Positions 28,178 through 32,000 of a stretch of 32,000 bases of DNA are shown here, piece after piece. The notes beneath the pieces were generated by a model. The model saw only the letters and a program-made list of their open reading frames with translations. It made no database searches and was not told the origin of the DNA. The position numbers were made by a program, and so were the translations under genes. Each line of letters begins with the position of its first letter. Position 1 is the stretch's first letter. The stretch comes from Delftia acidovorans NBRC 14950 (lineage in GTDB: Bacteria; Pseudomonadota; Gammaproteobacteria; Burkholderiales; Burkholderiaceae_C), in NCBI RefSeq assembly GCF_001598795.1, contig NZ_BCZP01000005.1:305026-337025 (forward strand). Reading direction: 5' to 3'.

Positions 28178-28518
28178 GGGTGGCTCTCTGTGGTGGTGCC
28201 TGCGGCCGGCAGGCTCGGAGAAATGGGGCGGTGGCAGTTCGCGAGGGCTGCGGTCAGCCGGATTTCGTAGGCCTCGCGCCGCTCAATCTCTGCCTGGGCT
28301 GCCTGCGTGAATTGGTCCACCGTGGCGCCTGGGCGCAGCTGCTCGGTTTGCCTGGCCGGGCGCTCGGGCACCGGCTCGACGCAAGCCACTGGCACAGGCA
28401 CGTTGACCCGCTGCAGCTCGATGCGTGCTGGTGGGGTCTGACACCCGGCCAGGGCCAGCACGGCAGCCGCAAGCACAGGCCAACGGCTGGAATATTTCCG
28501 GGAATAAATTTCGCTCAC
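28174..28518 (-). CDS. phage lipoprotein (proline-rich, Rz1 / exclusion-lipoprotein-like), function unknown
   Basis: GTG start 8 nt after GGGGAGG. Signal peptide with lipobox LALAGC, then a Pro-rich stretch QTPPARIELQRVNVPVPVACVEPVPERP, then a short helical segment. Confidence 0.65.
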   Translation of the reverse strand: MSEIYSRKYSSRWPVLAAAVLALAGCQTPPARIELQRVNVPVPVACVEPVPERPARQTEQLRPGATVDQFTQAAQAEIERREAYEIRLTAALANCHRPISPSLPAAGTTTESHP

Positions 28519-28622
28519 TTTTGCGACCTCCCCTGCAGCCAGTTGTCCACCCGGTGCAGGGCGCTCGCACAGGTATCGTTCAGAACGGCCGGCAGCGCGG
28601 CCAGGATCTCGTCGACGCGCTG

Positions 28623-28766
28623 TTAATGTGTCCAGGCTCGGGCTGCTGCGTTGGCTCGCGCGGCTTCGCCCTCTCTCTTGCGCCGGTCAGCCAACTCCCG
28701 CAGGTCATCGACAGCATCGCTGCAGGCGGCAGCCAAGTCGCGGGTGCCGTCTCGCTGCTGAGTCAT
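28623..28766 (-). CDS. small 47-aa ORF; an 82-aa reading frame continues past its TAA
   Basis: MTQQRDGTRDLAAACSDAVDDLRELADRRKREGEAARANAAARAWTH-TAA-QRVDEILAALPAVLNDTCASALHRVDNWLQGRSQK*. The post-stop part has very high GC3 (31 of 35 codons by my count) and no start codon. Confidence 0.35.
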   Translation of the reverse strand: MTQQRDGTRDLAAACSDAVDDLRELADRRKREGEAARANAAARAWTH

Positions 28767-28960
28767 CTCGCCCACGCTGGCGCGCTCTGTTGTGGCGGTG
28801 CACGCTGGCTCAGGTAGGCCCTGACCAGCAGTGCGTTGCCGAACAGGCTCGCCAGCAGCGCGAGGACAGCAGCCGTACCTAACTCTGACAGTGGTTAATC
28901 TAAGAGAGAGACGCCCCCCCGGCGAATTCAAGCAAATATCTTACAGAAACCAACCGAATC

Positions 28961-29704
28961 TCAGCGAATGAGATTGCTCTCCCGCAAGGCTTCTTTTTGC
29001 TCCAACATTCGTTTGAAGTCAGGGTTAAGATTTGAAACGATCGATTGACCCAGTAAGATATCGGTCCCTGCAACCATATGAGCTGAGCAGTACATCCAAT
29101 CAAGCGTATCTTCGGTAAAAAATGAGCGCCGTACCGGATCGTGTACCAACTCATGCCGCAAATCGAAAAGCATTTTCAGTTTAGTCAAAGAGCTTTCCTC
29201 GAACGTTGATTCTGTCCCAGGCTGATCTTTTAATCGAATTTGCATGCCGATCACGTTACTCCACAATCCGCCTTTGGGGAGAAACTTCGAAAACACTCTG
29301 TCAATTCGGTCAATATTCTGAAAGGACTGAGAGGCTAGTACAATGTCCAGTGGATGCACATTGTGTTCGTAGAATTCTAAGATTTCGGCGACATCATACT
29401 TCTCAGAATGCAATTGCTTAAGGTGAGGCTCAAAGAAGGATGGTTCACAGCTCTTAAAAATGAGCGATAGCAAGTCTTTATAATACACCTCAATACTTGT
29501 CACAGTCGTGATAACTGCCGACCGTTCAAGTAAGTTTGCCACCTCGGTATTCAGCTCCCCTTCCAAAATAAGCTCGCCCGCCTTAGCGCATTGAGCGAAC
29601 GATTCATAAAAAATCTTGAATGGCCGCCCAAGCCGTTCTGAACGGTTTTGCCTACTTTGAAGTATTTTGTTTAGGTCCATATTTACATATCTTAGCGTAG
29701 GCAT
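28961..29704 (-). CDS. HEPN-like protein (R-x4-H motif), candidate abortive-infection RNase, on AT-rich foreign DNA
   Basis: 247-aa ORF in an AT-rich island. RHELVH lies at residues 183-188 (nt 29141-29158) in LFDLRHELVHD. The upstream helices AVITTVTSIEVYYKDLL and SFQNIDRIDRVF resemble the RiboL-PSP / MAE_28990-type HEPN layout as I remember it. Confidence 0.6.
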   Translation of the reverse strand: MPTLRYVNMDLNKILQSRQNRSERLGRPFKIFYESFAQCAKAGELILEGELNTEVANLLERSAVITTVTSIEVYYKDLLSLIFKSCEPSFFEPHLKQLHSEKYDVAEILEFYEHNVHPLDIVLASQSFQNIDRIDRVFSKFLPKGGLWSNVIGMQIRLKDQPGTESTFEESSLTKLKMLFDLRHELVHDPVRRSFFTEDTLDWMYCSAHMVAGTDILLGQSIVSNLNPDFKRMLEQKEALRESNLIR

Positions 29705-29837
29705 CTGAAAGTATGGTTATCTTTGGCGGTCCATCGCTGCACGCGTAGCTGGTACACACGCCGGTCAGCGCGCCACCTTCGGTCAAGCCTCCCGCATCAG
29801 CGCGGCGTCAGCGGCGTGGCCCTCAGCCGCTCGCAGC

Positions 29838-30368
29838 CTACTGCGCCGCCTCGGTCATCGCGCGGCCGGCATCGTAGGCCCGCTCGCAGGCGCCACCCCG
29901 GCCTCGGGCATCGTCAGCAATGCGCGCCAGCTCTCCCGCTCGCTCATCAGCGCGGCGCTGCAGGTCGGCGAGCAGATCGAGGGCGCCGGTGTCTGGCGCG
30001 CACTGTCCGGCAGCGGCGCGAGCCTGAGCGGCGGCACGGTGGGCCGTGATGTAGTCGGCGAGGTCGCCGCGCAGCCGGCCAGCAGCAGCGCGGGCAGCAG
30101 CAGCGTCCACTGCAGCGCGCGCCTGCGCCTGGTGCGCATCACGGGTGACGTTGTCGAGATTTTCACGGTAGGTGCCTTCCAGTTTTCGGTATCGCTCTGA
30201 CGCCAGTAGCGCCGCCGTAGCGGCTGCCTCGCGATCGCTGGCCATCTCGCTACGCGCCTGCGCGGCATCGCGCTCGGCGGCAAGCCGCCCCAGGGCCTGC
30301 CATGCAAGCAACGCCGCCAGCACCAGGGCCAGCGACTGCCACGCATAGGCCTTGAGACCGGCGATCAT
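29838..30368 (-). CDS. i-spanin (Rz-like, DUF2514-type)
   Basis: The ATG overlaps the endolysin stop (ATGA). It has an N-terminal TM segment AWQSLALVLAALLAWQAL followed by a long Ala/Arg-rich coiled coil. Confidence 0.75.
   Translation of the reverse strand: MIAGLKAYAWQSLALVLAALLAWQALGRLAAERDAAQARSEMASDREAAATAALLASERYRKLEGTYRENLDNVTRDAHQAQARAAVDAAAARAAAGRLRGDLADYITAHRAAAQARAAAGQCAPDTGALDLLADLQRRADERAGELARIADDARGRGGACERAYDAGRAMTEAAQ
29855..30139 (-). CDS. o-spanin (Rz1-like lipoprotein) embedded out of frame within the i-spanin gene
   Basis: MRTRRRRALQWTLLLPALLLAGC lipobox, followed by a Pro-rich mature part (SRPTVPPLRLAPLPDSARQTPAPS). It lies entirely inside 29838..30368 in another frame, as in lambda Rz/Rz1. 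Confidence 0.75.
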   Translation of the reverse strand: MRTRRRRALQWTLLLPALLLAGCAATSPTTSRPTVPPLRLAPLPDSARQTPAPSICSPTCSAALMSERESWRALLTMPEAGVAPASGPTMPAAR

Positions 30369-30979
30369 GGTGCCGCCCGTACCGCGACCAGCGCTGCGCT
30401 GAAATGCCCGTCCCTGCCCCACTGTGCGCACAGCTCGCGGGTGGCATCGCGGCGATCAACAAGGCCAGGCAGCCGCGTGGGCACGCCGTTCACGGTGCCG
30501 TGGACCCATCGAGGCATCTGCAGGCATGCAGCATCGAGTTGCCCGGCGTTCGCCAGCCGCATGACCGTCGTGTCAGGTGCCAGCGCCGAGGGCACGTTGT
30601 AGGCCATATCGATAAAGCTGGCCTGCACCCACACGTTGTAGCTGTCCCAGTTCCGCAGGGCGCGGCGCGCCAGGCGCTCGGCCTCACGGTATTTGGGTCG
30701 CTCCAGGCGCTCGCAGTCCTCGGGCTTGTAGTAGCGCCCCGCCACAACTTCGGTGCCTGTGACGCCCGCGCAAACTGTCAGCGGCTGGCCCTTGCCCAGG
30801 CGGTCAACGTAAGGCGTGCCGATATGCCGGCCGCTGCTCTCGTAGTGCAGCCCGATCTCGCGGGCCAGCGTCACGGCAGCGCTGGGCCTGGTCTCCTGCG
30901 TGGCGACATAACCACCGGCAGCGGTGGCTGCCAAGCCGGCGGCCGTAGCCAGCAGTCGATTACGCAATATCTCGTTCAT
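30365..30979 (-). CDS. phage endolysin, GH24 lysozyme-like, with SAR-type N-terminus
   Basis: Weakly hydrophobic Gly/Ala-rich N-terminus LLATAAGLAATAAGGYVA. Motifs YESSG...YVDRLGKGQPLTVCAGVTG, SFIDMAYNV and GLVDRRDATRELC are as in P21-type lysozymes. The ATG overlaps the holin stop. Confidence 0.75.
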   Translation of the reverse strand: MNEILRNRLLATAAGLAATAAGGYVATQETRPSAAVTLAREIGLHYESSGRHIGTPYVDRLGKGQPLTVCAGVTGTEVVAGRYYKPEDCERLERPKYREAERLARRALRNWDSYNVWVQASFIDMAYNVPSALAPDTTVMRLANAGQLDAACLQMPRWVHGTVNGVPTRLPGLVDRRDATRELCAQWGRDGHFSAALVAVRAAP

Positions 30980-31278
30980 CGGCCACCTCCGCCAATGGTC
31001 AGCGCCTTCCAGAAGGCCAAGCCTGCGCTGGCCATCATCACGATGTAGGTGATGGGTTTGGCCACCTTGCCGATCCAGTTGAGCACCTTGAAAGCGCCCT
31101 GCGCGGCGGCGAAGAACTCCACCATTTCGGCCGTGTTGACACGAACCTTTTCCGTGGCCTCGGTGTTTGCGCGCAGCTCTGCCTCGATGCGCGTCATGCG
31201 CGCATCCCCCTCGTCCAACCGCGCATTGATGGTCCGCGCCGTGTTCGGAGTGATTGCGTTTCCATAGTCGTCCTGCAT
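30976..31278 (-). CDS. putative holin / small membrane protein
   Basis: AGGAG SD overlaps the upstream stop codon. The 100-aa product has C-terminal hydrophobic segments (AFKVLNWIG, ITYIVMMASAGLAFWKAL). It lies immediately upstream of the endolysin. Confidence 0.5.
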   Translation of the reverse strand: MQDDYGNAITPNTARTINARLDEGDARMTRIEAELRANTEATEKVRVNTAEMVEFFAAAQGAFKVLNWIGKVAKPITYIVMMASAGLAFWKALTIGGGGR

Positions 31279-31286
31279 GGGCACTC

Positions 31287-31799
31287 CTAAAGCGTTGCCG
31301 CCAAAACAAAGGCCTCGTCCAGGGATTGGGGAGTGCCTCCAAGCTGCGCCCAAAGACCTGCAAGAAACGGGTTGCCACGCTCCCAGGTGTCGGCCTCGTA
31401 CTCAATTTGAGCCTCACGCTTTTGCACTGGGTCCGTGATCGCCGCAATGGCCGCCTCGGCTTCATCGAGCATCCCGAATGCAAGAAGGGCAAGACGCCCC
31501 TGCCGGCGCGTGCAGGACTTGGGGATCAGCGCGGCCGCAGCCTCATCGCGTAGGCGCTGCAGCTCGGCCAACTCCTCTTCGGACAGCGGCACGACGGACC
31601 ACTGCTGCCGCCACACGCCGTCGATTTCCATAGGCTCGATCTCGACGGGCTTTTGCGTGTCCGCGTCGTAAGCGGGCGCATCCGATGGCTCAACGAGCGC
31701 ATAGCACTCCAGATGCTGGGCCATCATCGTGAGCGGGTGCAGCTCCTGGATCTGAGCAACGCTCAGCGGGTATTGCCCGGTTTCGGTGTTGATGTACAT
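31287..31799 (-). CDS. phage protein downstream of tail fibre (tail-fibre assembly / DUF4376-like)
   Basis: The ATG lies 5 nt after GAGGA. The call rests on its position after the tail-fibre gene and on the C-terminal half RRQGRLALLAFGMLDEAEAAIAAI...IEYEADTWERGNPF, which resembles that family from memory. Confidence 0.45.
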   Translation of the reverse strand: MYINTETGQYPLSVAQIQELHPLTMMAQHLECYALVEPSDAPAYDADTQKPVEIEPMEIDGVWRQQWSVVPLSEEELAELQRLRDEAAAALIPKSCTRRQGRLALLAFGMLDEAEAAIAAITDPVQKREAQIEYEADTWERGNPFLAGLWAQLGGTPQSLDEAFVLAATL

Positions 31800-31807
31800 G
31801 CTGATCC

Positions 31808-32000
31808 TCAAATAACGCGGCCGAGGCGCGTGCCGGTTGCGAGCCAGGTGACGTATGCGCTACCGTCGAGGTAGTAGCCAGCTGCAGCGGGCGGACTCCC
31901 AGGGACAGAGCCTGTCGCACCAGTTCCTCCGCTGGATGCGTTTTCGCCATTCGCTCCTGCAACCCCAATAGCGCCACCGGATCCGCCAAACCCGCCCTGG
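31808..32000 (-). CDS. 3' end of a Gly-rich phage tail-fibre-like gene (5' end outside the window)
   Basis: Open frame to the window edge. It reads ...GGFGGSGGAIGVAGANGENASSGGTGATGSVPGSPPAAAGYYLDGSAYVTWLATGTRLGRVI*. It is absent from the ORF track because it has no start codon in the window. Confidence 0.45.
   Translation of the reverse strand, partial: QGGFGGSGGAIGVAGANGENASSGGTGATGSVPGSPPAAAGYYLDGSAYVTWLATGTRLGRVI

Larger units (their letters stand above)
24800..32000. mobile_element. end of an integrated prophage, continuing beyond the window
   Basis: It starts at the tRNA-Val fragment. It contains a holin-endolysin-Rz/Rz1 cassette, a tail-fibre-associated gene and a tail-fibre 3' end, plus cargo with foreign base composition. 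Confidence 0.75.

Noticed and set aside
28892-29721. An imperfect direct repeat, TGGTTAATCT (28892-28901) and TGGTTATCT (29713-29721), lies exactly at both edges of the HEPN cassette and could be a target-site duplication.
   Set aside because: It is only 9-10 nt with an indel. Joining the flanks in silico does not restore a start codon for the truncated upstream ORF. No transposase or inverted repeats are seen. It is kept only as a weak note.
30980-31492. The N-terminal 171 residues of the tracked 375-aa ORF (30365..31492) could be part of the endolysin. The same question applied to the N-terminal extensions of ettA (to 5776), ppiD (to 24810), the M14 gene (from 7855) and umuD (from 24950).
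   Set aside because: The extensions overlap other well-supported genes or terminators, lack family similarity, and internal starts give canonical N-termini with SD sequences or ATGA coupling.
31690-31989. A 99-aa minus-strand ORF at the window end.
   Set aside because: It overlaps, in another frame, both the tail-fibre-assembly-like gene and the Gly-rich tail-fibre 3' end. Its translation is compositionally odd and has no support.

Overview
This is a high-GC window, about 62% G+C in a 60-nt sample I counted at 25451-25510. It looks like a betaproteobacterial chromosome, possibly Comamonadaceae, but that is inferred from gene content only. There are three blocks.

(1) 1-12711, core and ordinary accessory genes: FAD monooxygenase, a DUF1631-like protein, ettA, rhlE, an M14 lipoprotein, tRNA-Arg(TCT), and a LysR regulator divergent from two isochorismatase-family genes.

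(2) 12746-24746: a mosaic duplication of about 0.8 kb. It carries an unknown acidic 146-aa gene and a copy of the 3' end of the neighbouring minor-pilin gene. It is followed by a complete type IV pilus minor-pilin operon (fimU-pilV-pilW-pilX-pilY1-pilE, minus strand), two identical tRNA-His genes each with its own terminator, and ppiD.

(3) 24751-32000: a 3' fragment of tRNA-Val marks the end of a prophage that runs off the window. The prophage carries, in order:
- a LexA-box-controlled umuDC operon;
- a cargo region;
- a holin / SAR-endolysin / Rz with embedded Rz1 lysis cassette;
- a tail-fibre-associated gene (chaperone-like, uncertain) and the end of a tail-fibre gene.

The best candidate for new biology is the cargo region at 26741-29837. 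Two strongly AT-rich cassettes (about 37% G+C where I counted) bracket a GC-rich module of small, translationally coupled genes that carries in-frame TAA stops. One cassette encodes a 71-aa and a 271-aa all-helical protein, co-oriented with umuDC. The other encodes a 247-aa protein with an R-x4-H (RHELVH) HEPN-type motif. I read this as a prophage defence or cargo hotspot. None of these proteins could be matched to a named system from the sequence alone.
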